DNA from: Chrysomallon squamiferum
Taxonomy: Eukaryota; Animalia; Mollusca
Length of the DNA: 64,000 nucleotides
Reading direction: 5' to 3'
NCBI GenBank assembly: GCA_012295275.1
Contig: CM022675.1
Location: 13,950,001 to 14,014,000 of the forward strand
How positions within the stretch are numbered: the first letter of the stretch is position 1; the number at the start of each line of letters is the position of its first letter. The position numbers and the translations under genes are program-made. The notes beneath the pieces are model-generated. The model did not search any database. It was not told the origin of the DNA and was given only the letters and a program-made list of their open reading frames with translations. Of this stretch, positions 1 to 13,385 are shown in pieces.

Positions 1-545
1 AATGAGTTATAGTGTATTACTAGTATGACAAAATGAGTTATAATATATACAGGTATGATATGATAAGTCATAATCTATACTGATTGATATAATGAGTTAT
101 AATATATACTGGTATTATATAATGAGTTATAATTATTGATATGATATAATGAATTATAATATATACTGTTATGACAAATGAGTTATGATTAATTACTTGT
201 ATGATATAATAAGTCATAATATATACTGAATTGAAATAATAGTCATAATATATACTGGTATTATATAACTGAGTTAAGGTACTGGTATGATATAATGAGT
301 TACAGTATATTACGAGTATGAAAAAATTAATTGTAATATACACAGGTATGATAAAATGAGTTACAATATATATATATAGATATGATATACTAAGTCATAA
401 TATATTCTGGTATTATATAATGAGCTATATACTGATATGATATAATGAGTTACAATATATATATATGATATGATATACTAAGTCATAATCTATTCTGGTA
501 TTATATAATGAGTTATATACTGATATGATATAATGAGTTGTAATG
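1..545. repeat. Degenerate ~30-bp AT-rich minisatellite (consensus ~ATAATGAGTTATAATATATACTGGTATGAT)
   Basis: AATGAGTT/AAGTCATAAT core recurs about every 26-30 bp from the window start. Confidence 0.85.
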
Positions 546-1047
546 TATATTATTATATAATTAATTATAAAATATTGTTATTACAATATGATTAATCATA
601 ATCTTTTATTATTGTTATGAAACGATTACTTATAACATATCACGATTATGATTTGGTTCCTATTATATGTGTGTTTAATATACTCTGTACTGTATGTAAA
701 TGTGTGTATTAATATGAATGTAGCTGAGACTACTTAATGCAATTTATTTATAATGAATGACGAACCGTCTGTTTTTACATTAATTCATTGCTTTTGCACC
801 GAAATAGAAATAAAAACTGAAAAATGAAAAGAGAAGCATTAGAAAGGAAATTAATATTTTATGACCGAACCTAAATCGTAGAATACGTTAATCTTAATTA
901 CTTCGAAATGGACGTAGTCAATCGAAGTCACATATCGATCTGTTCAACTCGCTGTTTATACTTCTTCTCACTGATTCGCTTCTTCAACACAAATTTAAAC
1001 ACGTACTAAACTTTCTTATAATATAAAGAAAAACAATATTACTTCTT

Positions 1048-1078
<31 letters not shown>

Positions 1079-1149
1079 ATGTGTATGTGTGTATGTGTGT
1101 GTGTGTGTTATAACGTACATATAATTATACATATAATGTATATATATAT

Positions 1150-1893
1150 ATAATACAACATTACTATTTTATATAATACATTTCCATTTTACATAACATA
1201 ATACAACATTTTCATTTTATATAATACAACATTACCATTTTATATAACATAATGCAACATTACTATTTTATATAATACAACATTACCATTTTATATACCA
1301 TAATACAACATTTTCATTTATATGATATAATACAACATTACTATTTTATATAATATAAAATTACCATTTTATATACCATAATACAACATTTTCATTTATA
1401 TAATATAATACAACATTACTATTTTATATAATATAACATTACCATTTTATATACCATAATGCAACATTTTCATTTATATAATATAATACAACATTACTAT
1501 TTTATATAATATAACATTACCATTTTATATAACATAATATAACATTACTATTTTAATTAACATAATACAACATTACTATCTTATATAACATAATACAGCA
1601 TTACTATTTTATATAACATAATACAGCATTACTATTTTAGATAATATAATACAACATTACTATTTTATATAACATAATACAGCATTACTATTTTAGATAA
1701 TATAATACAACATTACTATTTTATATAACATAATACAACATTACTATTTTATATAACATAATACAACATTACTATTTTATATAACATAATACAACATTAC
1801 TATTTTATATAGTACAACATTACTATTTTATATAATACAACATTACTATTTTATATAGTACAACATTACTATTTTATATAGTACAACATTACT
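1150..1893. repeat. 23-28-bp minisatellite (ATAACATAATACAACATTACTATTTTAT)
   Basis: More than 25 tandem copies of ACAACATTAC(T/C)ATTTTAT, with and without a 5-bp ACATA/ATATA extension. Confidence 0.9.
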
Positions 1894-1985
1894 GTAGAAA
1901 ATTCCAATATCTTAGTGCAGGCCAAAATACAACGTTATTGTGTTCTGTCGATTTTGGCCTACACTAAGATATTGGAATTTTCTAC
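1894..1985. other. Near-perfect inverted repeat (35-bp arms, 22-nt loop); MITE-like or pre-miRNA-like hairpin
   Basis: 1894-1928 GTAGAAAATTCCAATATCTTAGTGCAGGCCAAAAT matches the reverse complement of 1951-1985 at 34/35 positions. Confidence 0.85.
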
Positions 1986-2009
1986 TTCTGTCTGTGCTTG
2001 TGTTTGTTA

Positions 2010-2430
2010 TAACAACGACGTGGACGCATGACGATATGATAACGTATACTGACGTCACACGAACTTGCTGACAGCATTTTGACGCTGTTGTGTTGAGCAC
2101 GTGGTAACTGGATATGAAAAAAAGTTAGTGTGAAACACGATTTAGTAAGAAAATAGCGCAGTCATTATGTGCTGTAAAGTCACTTAAGGGTAGAAAATAC
2201 TCACTCTCTCTCACTTTAAGAGCTGTTTCAGTTTTTGCTCGAGTTGACAGAATTAGCTGCGCACGTTGTCAAAAGTGTTTTTGCCGGCCACTTGACCGCG
2301 GGCTACCCACGTGACTGTGAAGTTTGTTCTCGTGATAAAGTCTCGTGTGTTTTGCAGTGTTAATGAGCTGCTGGAGCTCTTGTCGTAGTTTCGTTCAGCT
2401 GAAAATGACGCCGAGCTTAATGGTCATACA
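2010..2430. promoter_or_regulatory. CpG-enriched putative regulatory region upstream of the GPCR, with a CRE and E-boxes
   Basis: TGACGTCA at 2050-2057, CACGTG at 2098-2103 and 2308-2313; locally raised GC/CpG against AT-rich flanks. Function is inferred. Confidence 0.35.
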
Positions 2431-2547
2431 AATGCTCCTTCACACGTTTTATTTATTTATTTATTTATTTTAATTAATTAATTTATTTATTTTTAAATTT
2501 TATTATTATCATTATCATCATTATCATCATCATCATCATCATCATCA

Positions 2548-2582
<35 letters not shown>

Positions 2583-4908
2583 TTTTTTTTACCATTGATT
2601 ATATAATGACTGGCTATCTGTTTTCCTGCTTATTTATCTATCTGTCTATCTGTCTGTCAGTCTCTCTATCTGTATATCTACATAATGACTGAGCATTCAC
2701 AAATAAAACGACTTTCACTTAGTCCTTAAACCCATGTCTTTGTGTGTCTCTGGCCCACTTAACTGTTTAGTCTTGAACGTCAGCAGGATGCTGCCTGGGT
2801 TAGAACGGGAGATGGGTGATATTTAAGACGAAATCGGCTATTTGCAAATACACCGTACATTTGTAGTGACGTTGAAAACAAAATGTTCAGACAGTTACAG
2901 ATGTAGTGTATAACAGAAACGTAAAAAGTGAAATCTTACAAAATAACAAATTTTATAAACGAAATTGGGTTCAGTAGTAAAACAAATCAACGCAATTATC
3001 CCAGCCAACCACAAAGACGAACATTTAAAAACTTATTTTTCATTAAATGGAAACATTATATCCACCACAATTATAAATAAAATAAAAAATTATTTCATTT
3101 TATTTCTTCGCAGGCTTTTACCAGCAGAAGCCACTCTATTCGACATTTATTTCGTTTCAGTATTAAAGCGAGACTGCTCATGGAAAATAATTGTTTATAA
3201 ACAGCAACTATGGTTTCAGGTAACGCACAAGCGCACAACGATGAAACTAATGGAAAAATCCCCGAATCGTGGCAGTAACAGATGTTTGTTAGACTTGCTA
3301 TCTGAGACTACAACAGTTTCACGTATTGAGTCGCTTGCTGATCAGTCTAAGCTGAGCTCAGGTGAGGGAGTTCCTGCACGCGCTCGCAGCGGAGGATTTT
3401 TAAAATTACTCCCCCCTCCCCCAGGTTAGCTTCTTAAAAATCCACTTCTGCATCGTTTTGCTTCTTGCAGCATATCGATCGTTTCGGAATGTTCTGTTGA
3501 TCAAACAACTCAAACAGACAGACAGACACAGACAGACAGACAGACAGACAGGTGTACTGAGAGAAACAGACAAAAATAGACAGATATACGTAAACCGTGA
3601 ATCTAAAAATAATACATACTGACTATTTATTTATTAAAAAAAAAAAAAAAAAAAATAAATAATCTTGTTGTCGCGTCTGCTGTTAATTTGTAATTTGCTC
3701 TGGCACCCAAATAAAATGTAAATCCACGTAGATGATGAAGTGGTTTTTTTTTTTTTTTTTTTATCTATTTATTTTTTATTAATAATACTTCTAGACGTGA
3801 ACAGTACTATTAATAACAATTGAGTTTTTCACTTTCCTTAAAATAGCACATCACCAGTTTTTAAAAATCAGTTTTTAATAAATAAATAAAGTTTCGGCTG
3901 ATTCGTCTGACGTTGTTTGTTTATAGCATTATTAATTACTCAAGTATTTCATACATTATTAATTATTCATTAAGTAATGTTAATTACTTCGTTAAGGTTT
4001 ATTAATTATTTCATTAAGTAATATTAATTACTTCACATATCGTTATTAATTATTTCGAATCGCCTTTTAGTATTAATTATTTAATATCATTTTGTAATGT
4101 TAATTATTTCATATTACTGTAATGATAATTGTTTGAGAAAAGCTGTCATATTTAAAATCAAATCTGATTACAATGATTGCATATAGAATCTAGAAAGATT
4201 AATTTTATTAACAATATACTATCAAACAGTTTACACACAAGTACTGTTTTGTCGTACAGAGTTCATTGTGATAATAACCTGTTCAGTGATATTACCAACG
4301 TCGTTGATGTTGCTGTCACTGACACAGGTATCTGGTGTAAAGGTTTCTGTCAGATTCAAAACGCCTGCTTTATTCTACAAATGTCGTTGTCATCATCGTC
4401 AGTATCATCGTCAAAATCATAATCATCATTGTTACCATCATCATTATGTTCATTATAGTCTTCATTGATTTCTTCGTATTATTATGCCTATTATCAATAT
4501 TATTGTTCTTCTTCTTATTAGTTTTGTTCTTATTATTGTTATGTTCTTGTTGAGATGTTTTAAAAGAATTACACGTGATATACACATTATTATTATTATT
4601 ATTAATAATATTATTGTTATTACTTTGTTGTTGTTGTTGTTGTTATTGATATTCTTGATGCTGTTTTAAATGAGCAAACGCGATATACCCAAAGAAAAAA
4701 CACAGGAACATCAAATTATTTACCAGTGCTCATAAATGTTGAAACTGGGTGAAACTGGGAGTATTTATCAGTGAAAAACCGTGTTTCTCATTTTAACAGA
4801 ATTATTTTACAAATTCACATTTAACATTTTCTGACAACTTTAAAACTGTCAGCCTAACGTTTCTCCATTTGAAGGAGATTCGTACTCTAAACGAAAGTGA
4901 CTTTCAAT

Positions 4909-4947
<39 letters not shown>

Positions 4948-5176
4948 TTAATCACTACAATTAAATAAGTTAAAGGAAATGCAACTAAGATTATTAATAT
5001 CTACATTTATATGTAAAGTAAGAACTATTGCCTTTATTATTATTATTATTATTATTGGTGGAAGTAGTAGTAGTAATAGTAGTAGTGGTAATTTTGGTAC
5101 GGCAGAAGTAGCAATAGTAGCAGTAGTATTTTATTTGTATTATTATTACCACTTTTTAAATTCTTTTTTATTTATT

Positions 5177-5221
<45 letters not shown>

Positions 5222-5264
5222 TTGTTTTTATTGCTTTGCTTATACAAGCGATAACCATTAGAAT

Positions 5265-5416
<152 letters not shown>

Positions 5417-6218
5417 ATAGTCTGGAATAGACGAAATGTGTATCTGTATGGCTATCTATTTCAAAAATTCTTGACTTTTGATTAACTAATTAATTCATTC
5501 ATTTATATAATTATTTATTTCAGAACTGTACATGAAGAAAGAATACAAGAGAATTTTCCGTTAAACTTCTGTGACCACTTCAGGAAGAGATCAAGAAAAT
5601 GCCAGAAATTACACAACTAAACAGAGACGAAATGATATACAAACTATATGTGTAATATTAACCAAGCTGAAATCAAGATACGTTAAATAAAATAACGTTG
5701 CAGAGTGTGTGTATCTGTGACAGATATCGGAAAATGCTGTTTGAGAGATATCTCACTGGAGCTGCTGTGTTAGATCACTCGAGTGCAAGGTCAAAGACGC
5801 TGGATGTAGATACGACGTATTTGTAACAACACCAGGCGATGTCGTGTTGTTCAAGGTCGCTCAATGCAAGAAACCACCACGCTGCTGTGATACCCGGATG
5901 TCGTCGTCCTCGTTTCGTGTGGCTGTTTTTTTTTTAATCACAGTTTATTTTATTTAATCTTTCTCTAGAACCCTGATCTGTGTTTCCATGCGGCGTACAT
6001 TTAACGAGTAGAAAAGTTTCTTGCAATTATTTCTAAAATTCCTTCTTTGTTCTGCGGTTATAATTATTTTGACTAACTATCTTTCTGTGATTAACCCTCT
6101 ACCGCGCAGGTATAATTAACCCTTTAACTACAGCGGTGTGTTGTGTGATTCAGTTTGACGTTGTAAAACAAAGACTGGATGTTAATTACACAGCTCATTG
6201 GATTCAGCAACTTTTACA

Positions 6219-7631
6219 ATGTCACAGCATGTTGTTTTATTAACGACCGACAACTACAACGACACCGTCTTCTCGGCAACAGACCAGACTAATGTTGTGA
6301 GCGAGTCGCAGACGATTTCCGGTGCGTCGGGAGTTACTTCCGGTACCATCCCGTCAGAACACGTTTGGAGTAATGAAGTAAGGGAGAGAATCGCTGTTGT
6401 CAGCTTCATAATGGTGTGCACAATAATCGGCAACAGCACACTCCTCTTCGTCATCATGTGCAAGCGTTCTCGCAGAATTAAAAGGGTCAACGTTTTCCTG
6501 GTGAATCTCGCTATCGGCGACATCGCCGTAGCTTTCATCACGAACACGACAGAAATCCTCTTCCTCGCCTTTGACGACTGGGCGCTCGGTCCCGCTGCCT
6601 GCAAGATTTCAGTCTACCTGCAGATAGTGACGTTCGCCAGCGCCACCTTTCTCCTCACTGCAATGAGCATCGACAGGTACCAGGTGATCGTCAAACCTCT
6701 GCATTCTTTGGCTCACAGACCCAAGATCTCGATCAAGGTGGCCGTTGCCTGGGTGATGGCCTTCATCTTCGCGTCTCCTCAGCTGGCGATATTCGTCCAG
6801 GTGGAGAAAGGAGTCAAGTACGACGGGACGCCGAAGCGGTTTTGTCTGAGTCGTGGCTACACGGCTGAGTGGCAGAGAAAACTCTACTTCACTTTCCTGA
6901 CGACCTACATCCTCCTCGTGCCCTCCATCGTCATGCTGTACTGCTACACGAAGATCATCCGCGTCGTCTGGTCCCTCTCCGCCGAGGACGACATCGCTCC
7001 GGCTGACATCGTCAAAACCAAATCCTACCAGTACGAGACCAGCTCGTCCCGGATGTCGGTACGCAGAGGTCACGTGACCGCCTGCAAGCGGAGGGTGGTG
7101 GTAATGACGCTGACTGTAATAACAGGATTTCTTGTGTGTACGGGGCCTTATTTCGTTGTTACTCTAATTCGTATTTACTCAGACTACAAACTACAGCTGC
7201 ACGTTGCTCAGGTTGTCTCAGAAAACATTCTACTCACGCACAGCGCGCTCAACCCGCTGCTCTACGGAATATTCACGATGCGCGTTAAGCATTTTAATTC
7301 GCTGAAGAGCTGTTTAAAGTGCGGTCGCCGACCTGTGAAAAAACCTAAAGGAAAACAGTACCTTCTGAACGGCGCCGACTGCCGGAATGTGCGAAAGGGT
7401 CACGTGATTCAGTTAAAGTACTCTACCAATCAGAATCCATTTATTGAAGAAGATAGCAAATCAAAGAGTGCCAGCTATGACGAGTATCACCCATTGAGGA
7501 GAATTCGAAAAACACCTGTAGACGTAATTAGCAACAACGGACACACGGACACATTTGATTTCTCCACCGTTTTGTGTAACGACAATGCAGAGAAAGCCGC
7601 CGACGTACGGCTGCCGAAAACGAAAAGCTAG
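6219..7631 (+). CDS. Class A (rhodopsin-like) neuropeptide GPCR, vasopressin/oxytocin-NPS/CCAP-GnRH receptor superfamily; single coding exon, ~470 aa
   Basis: Intact ORF from ATG 6219 with seven hydrophobic segments: GN (TM1), NLAIGD (TM2), WALGPAACK (ECL1/TM3 Cys), SIDRY, W...SPQLAIF (TM4), ECL2 Cys and WQRKLY, CTGPYF (TM6), NPLLY (TM7). N-glycosylation sequon NDT in the N-terminus; higher GC than flanks. Confidence 0.93.
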   Translation: MSQHVVLLTTDNYNDTVFSATDQTNVVSESQTISGASGVTSGTIPSEHVWSNEVRERIAVVSFIMVCTIIGNSTLLFVIMCKRSRRIKRVNVFLVNLAIGDIAVAFITNTTEILFLAFDDWALGPAACKISVYLQIVTFASATFLLTAMSIDRYQVIVKPLHSLAHRPKISIKVAVAWVMAFIFASPQLAIFVQVEKGVKYDGTPKRFCLSRGYTAEWQRKLYFTFLTTYILLVPSIVMLYCYTKIIRVVWSLSAEDDIAPADIVKTKSYQYETSSSRMSVRRGHVTACKRRVVVMTLTVITGFLVCTGPYFVVTLIRIYSDYKLQLHVAQVVSENILLTHSALNPLLYGIFTMRVKHFNSLKSCLKCGRRPVKKPKGKQYLLNGADCRNVRKGHVIQLKYSTNQNPFIEEDSKSKSASYDEYHPLRRIRKTPVDVISNNGHTDTFDFSTVLCNDNAEKAADVRLPKTKS

Positions 7632-8534
7632 AGAGAGCGTCTTTAACGCTTGTTTAATTGGATGCGGTGCTTTCATCCTGGAAGGAAAATAAATGAAGAA
7701 AAAACATCTTAATGTGCTATAAATCAGCGAAATGACAATCGCATGACCGCTTCCGAATGGTTTTCGTGTTTGTTGTTAGAAACCGCGCTGAGCGAATCAC
7801 CAGAAAAGACGACGGAGTGTTGAATAGCCGGACAGGCGTCACAGTCCTATCAGAAACCATGGAAACGAATCACTTGGATACGGGCTTAAAGGAAACCATC
7901 ATTCCATAATGACATGAAGTTGATAGTGAAATCACTTATTACTTTCTCTGTCTTCCTTAATTTATTCTTTCCTTCTTTGTTCTTCTTTTCTTTTCTTTTC
8001 TTTTTCTCATTTATTTTTCGTTTTGATTTTCATCTCTTCCTTCCCTTTTTATTAAACATTTACTGTCTGTTTATAATTCCTAAACTGAACTTCATAGAAT
8101 CCTGAATTTTCTATCGCAAACTCGGATAGCATCAACAAATAATAAATAAATAATATTAAATGAATAAATAAATACTAAAAATTATGAATGATTTGTTTTA
8201 ATTTCAGGGGTATAGCCATATCCTTCTTTTATAAATCATAAAAGGACAATCGAGAAAAAATAATAAAAATAATAAAATAAAATAAAATAAAATAAAATCA
8301 AATAAAAAATCAAGAGAATTACGCAGGTGAGTTTATAAAATAAGGATTTAAAAGGTTTCTCTGATGGACAATGCGTTTACAACTATCAAGAAAAAAAAAG
8401 ACAACAAAACAAAACTTAAATTACATGTGAACAGCTAAATTATTATTATTATAATTGTTGTTGTTGTTGTTACTGTTGTTATTACATTATTATTATTAAT
8501 ATTGGTATTATTATTCTGATTACTATTGTTATTA

Positions 8535-8571
<37 letters not shown>

Positions 8572-9023
8572 CCATGAAACATTCAAAGATATTTACATAA
8601 ATAACTTGATACCACTAATGTTATAATAAAATGATAATTAATTTATAGATGCGCGTGCAAAGACCGGCCATTTTGAGAAAATTATGATTTTGAGAGGGAT
8701 TTTCGGCTTATCGAAAACATATGACATTTATAACAATTAACATTATTTATTTGTATCACTGATATATAATAGATATATTCATGTTATGCACGTATGTCTT
8801 TATAAACTTGTCATAAACATTAATTTCAAATTTCAATGAAATTATTACTAGGGTTAATTCTTCATGAACTTTTTCGCTGTCGTCTAAAAATTCGGACCAG
8901 TGTCTTCATTTCTTTGAATTGTTCTCTTTCACTAATAATCATGAACGTCGCTTACCATGAAGCAAATATTTTTAAAATGTTATTTATTTATTCATTCATT
9001 TCTTTATTTATTTATTCTTTCAT

Positions 9024-9074
<51 letters not shown>

Positions 9075-9789
9075 TTCTTTCATTTTTTTTTTTTATTTTT
9101 TTTTATTATTTAAAAAAAAAAAAATAATAATAAATTATAGGTGTGGTAGTATAAAAAATCTTGAAATGGCAAAACAGTGGATCACCGCATTCATTCTCAC
9201 TGGTCTTCAGTTCTCTCGTGGGGGTGGGGGAGGGTACAAAAAATAATAATAATCATAATTGAAATAACAAAAAATAATTTATTTCAATTTGTATTCAATA
9301 TAGAGAATATTCATTAAGCGATTGTTGTTGTGGTTTTTATTTTTTTATTTTTTTGTTTGTTTGTTTATTATTTATTTTATCACATTAATAATTTATTAAT
9401 TTAATTGTTTGTCTGTCTGTTAGTTTGTTTGTTTGTTTTATCACATTGATAATTTAGAAGAAAATAACGTAGTTTTTTGGACAGGATGACGAATGCTACA
9501 GAGTCACACACATTCATTAACCAATAAACAGCGTCGTGCATGACATCATCAATAAATGTTACTAACAGACTTGAATACGAATTATCTTTCAACTGGAACA
9601 GTAATTTCAGAGTCAGATGGAGTTTACAAAATTTATAATATTCAGTCATTAATCATAATTACATTCAGTGATAACACCTTCCTTCAGAATCGTTATTAGG
9701 ATTAAATTTAGATTTAAACGTATTTCTAATTCAATAATATACCTGTCGAGTCTTAACCGTATTTGTAACAATGTGATAAATTAAGAACT

Positions 9790-10670
9790 TATCAAAACTA
9801 AAATTTATTTTCAACTTTTTGTTAACACTCATCATAAAATTATTCATTTTATACGAAAAATCCCATATAATTAAATCTAATCCTAACCCTAAGCTAACCT
9901 TAACCCCAACCCTCATCTTTACCCTAATGCTAATACTAACCATAGCCCTAAACTTAACCATATTCTTACTTGATACAAAATTATTAATTAAGGATTTATT
10001 CAAATATAAAATTTAAAATAACTTTTATTTCAAAAAAATTAACTTGAGAGAGTTCTTGATGAATGATAGGGTAATGGTTAAAATACGTTTTATTTTAATA
10101 AAATATTAATTTAACTTAGTGTTTGTTAAACGTAACGTTATGGTTAGAGTTAGGATTAGGATTATCATCAGTGTTAGTATTTGGGTTAGCTTTAGGTTTA
10201 GATTTATGTATGAATTTACCTACAGAGAGTTTTCGTATAAAAACTGAAAAATATTATGATGAGTGTCAGAATAACATTGAAAAAAGCTTTTATTTGAAGA
10301 AGAAGAAAAAAATAACAATTTGGCAAAGTTCACGGTGAGTGTTAGGATAAAAGCAAAAATAACTTTTATTTAGAAAAATGAACTTGGGAAAGTTTATGAA
10401 AGCGTTTAAAATACGTTTTATTTTAATAAAACCTTAATTTATGAGTTTGTTTTTAGTAACGTTACGGCTAGGATAGGGGTTAGGGTTAGGGTTAATTTAT
10501 GAGTTTGTTTTTAGTAACGTTACGGCTAGGATAGGGGTTAGGGTTAATTTTCAGGATAGTTTTACCGTTATGTTTACAGTTAGGGTTAGTATTATTGTAA
10601 GGTTTACGTTAGGGTTAGCATTATTGTAAGGGTTAGGGTTAGCATTATTGTAAGGGTTAGGGTTAAATAA
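9790..10670. mobile_element. Foldback/MITE-like element with degenerate (CCCTAA)n/(TTAGGG)n arms
   Basis: 9825-9900 (ACACTCATCATAAAAT..TTTTATACGAAAA..AATCTAATCCTAACCCTAAGCTAACC) is the reverse complement of ~10184-10266. A further TTAGGG-rich block lies at 10465-10665. Confidence 0.55.
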
Positions 10671-10780
10671 ATAAATAAAATAAAATAAAATAATAACAAA
10701 TATAATAATAAAAAAAAAAAAAAAAAAATTAAAAATTAAGATTTACAAGAGAAAAAAGAAAAAAGAACTAATATATATAC

Positions 10781-10811
<31 letters not shown>

Positions 10812-11974
10812 CATATACATAAACATATAATTAAAAAAAACTGAGTTATATGTTAAAATGCTCGTTTTAAAGGACTGAATTTTTTTTTTAAAAATTAAAA
10901 TGTTCTCAAATAACAAACTTCTTTTATATATATATATAAATATATAATCTACCTAGACCATATAATAAAATATATACAAATAATGAGAAAATGAAAAAAA
11001 ATATATATATATTGAAAAAAAAAAAAACTTCATCTTTAAAAAACATAAATAAACAAAAACAAATAACAACTGAAGAATACATTTTGAGAATCAAAACGAA
11101 CCCCCCACCACTATTGCTCAGAAACATTTATATAAAGCACTATTAATTTGTAAGTTGAAAATCAACATACTTAGAAAACAGAATATTCTAACAAACATAT
11201 ATAGATACCACATAGAGATAAATCAGATACGACATAAAAAAATATATTCATCAGTATTTTAGTAAATTATTCATTCTTTCTTTCTCCCGTCGTTCATTAT
11301 TTACTGTGTTTTTCTTCCTGTCACATTCTTTCTGCTTCTAAATGTAGTGTACAAAAACATACTGTAGAACCATAAATAGAAATTACACATAAAGCACATT
11401 TACAAAAACTGCAAAGTCAAGCATTATATTTTACAAAATAAATAATGTACTGCAAGACTGCAGAAATTATTACATATATATATATATATATTAAAAACAA
11501 AGTCATTAAAAAACACAATGCAATACATTTATTTATAATGTTATTAGAAATATATACTGAACAAGGGAAGGGATCTACAATATTTGAAATGCTTACGTGG
11601 AGACAGTAAAACAGTAAGCAATAAAACAGTTAAATAAAACTGGTATGTAAACAGTTTACTGCAGTAAAATCATATTAGATGAAACACCTCAATCTGATAT
11701 CTCACACACACACAAACACATACACACACACACGCGATCACACACCCAAACAGCACATCAGAGCAGTGCACAGAAAAGATACACACCATAAATTAGAATG
11801 ATTAACTCTACAGATCTATCTTTACTCTGATGTAACTTTTACATAAATGTAATATAATTATTAGAATAAATTAAATATAAAACGTTTATTTATCTATATG
11901 TTATTTATTAAATTACTTTTGATCTTGATATGAATGCCAGTAAATAAATAAATAAGTATCACATATAATGAATG

Positions 11975-12135
11975 TAATCGTGCGTAACCGGGAAAAGGGA
12001 CGTAAGTGTACAAAATAATAATCTCGAGGAATCACGCGCGATTTTGAATCACGCGATTAAAATGGCGGCTTGTTGCTAGGCGATTGTCGCAGCGCATATT
12101 CAAAGGGAAAACACCGAGAAGGACTGGTTAGTTAA
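11975..12135 (+). promoter_or_regulatory. CpG promoter/first non-coding exon, copy A1 (YY1-type AAAATGGCGG)
   Basis: AAAATGGCGG at 12059-12068 within a CpG cluster, followed by a GTTAGT donor-like site at ~12127. Conserved in front of four gene copies. Confidence 0.6.
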
Positions 12136-13237
12136 TGGTTTCTGTTTTGGAGATAAAGGTATACTTAATTTGTTTTTTCATATTTAGTTGTATTTTTATA
12201 GTATGCCACTGTATTTATAGGTCATGAGGATGAGGTTTGTGACTCTTAGACTGTGTGACACTGAGTCGACTGACACTGACAGTCAAATAATGGTGGTTTA
12301 AAGAAAAGTTTTTATTTTTACACAAAACTGAAAATACATTTTGAGAATCAAAACGAACGTCCCACCACTATTGCTCAGAAACATTTATATAAAGCACTAT
12401 TAATTTGTAAGTTAAAAGTCAACATACTTAGAAAACAGAATATTCTAACAAACATATATATATATATATATTCATCAGTAATTTTAGTAAATTATTCACA
12501 TTCTATCTTTCTCCCGTCCTTCGTTATTTACTGTGTTTTTCTTCTTGTCACATTCTTTCTACCTCAGAATGTAGTGTACAAAAACATACTGTAGAACCAT
12601 AAATAGAAATTACACAAAAAGCACATTTAGAAAAACTGCAAAGTCAAGCATTATATTTTACAAAATAAATGATGTACTGCAAGACTGCAGAAAAATAAAA
12701 GTATATTTGAATACTTTTGGTAATTATTACATTTATATATATATTAAAAACAAAGTCATTAAAAAACACAATGTAATTCACTGTGCATTGACATTTATTT
12801 ATAATGTTATTAGAAATATATACTGAATAAGGGAAGGGATCTACAATATTTGAAATGCTTACGTGGAGACAGTAAAACAGTAAGCAATAAAAACAGTTAA
12901 ATAAAACTGGTATGAAAACAGTTTACTGCAGTAAAATCATATTAGATGAAACACCTCAAATTGATATCTCATACACACACAAACACACACACACACACGC
13001 GATCACACACCCAAACAGCACATCAGAGCAATGCACAGAAAAGATACACACCATAAATTAGAATGATTAACTCTACAGATCTATCTTTACTCTGATGTAA
13101 CTTTTACATAAATGTAATATAATTATTAGAATAAATTAAATTAAAACGTTTATTTAACTATATGTTATTTATTAAATTACTTTTCATCTTGATATGAATG
13201 CCAGTAAATAAATAAATAAGTATCACATATAATGAAT

Positions 13238-13385
13238 TTAATCGTGCGTAACCGGGTACAGTGACGTAAGTGTACAAAATAATAATCTCGAGGAATCACG
13301 CGATTAAAATGGCGGCTTGCTGTTAGGCGATTGTCGCAGCGCATATTCAAAGGAAAAAAAACCTAGAAAGAATTGGTTAGTTAAT
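13238..13385 (+). promoter_or_regulatory. CpG promoter/first non-coding exon, copy A2
   Basis: TGACGTAA at 13262 (CRE-like), AAAATGGCGG at 13306-13315, GTTAGT donor at ~13376. Confidence 0.6.

Noticed and set aside
1-1893. Regular ~28-30-bp repeats resembling a CRISPR array
   Set aside because: The units are contiguous with no unique spacers, the context is eukaryotic and there are no cas genes.
2965-3429. 154-aa ORF
   Set aside because: TTG start and no recognisable domain; more likely intron/5'UTR sequence of the GPCR.
6254-7073. Antisense ORFs within the GPCR
   Set aside because: Shadow ORFs caused by the GC-rich codon usage of the real gene.
10465-10665. True telomere or chromosome end
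   Set aside because: Short, degenerate, interstitial and associated with an inverted structure.
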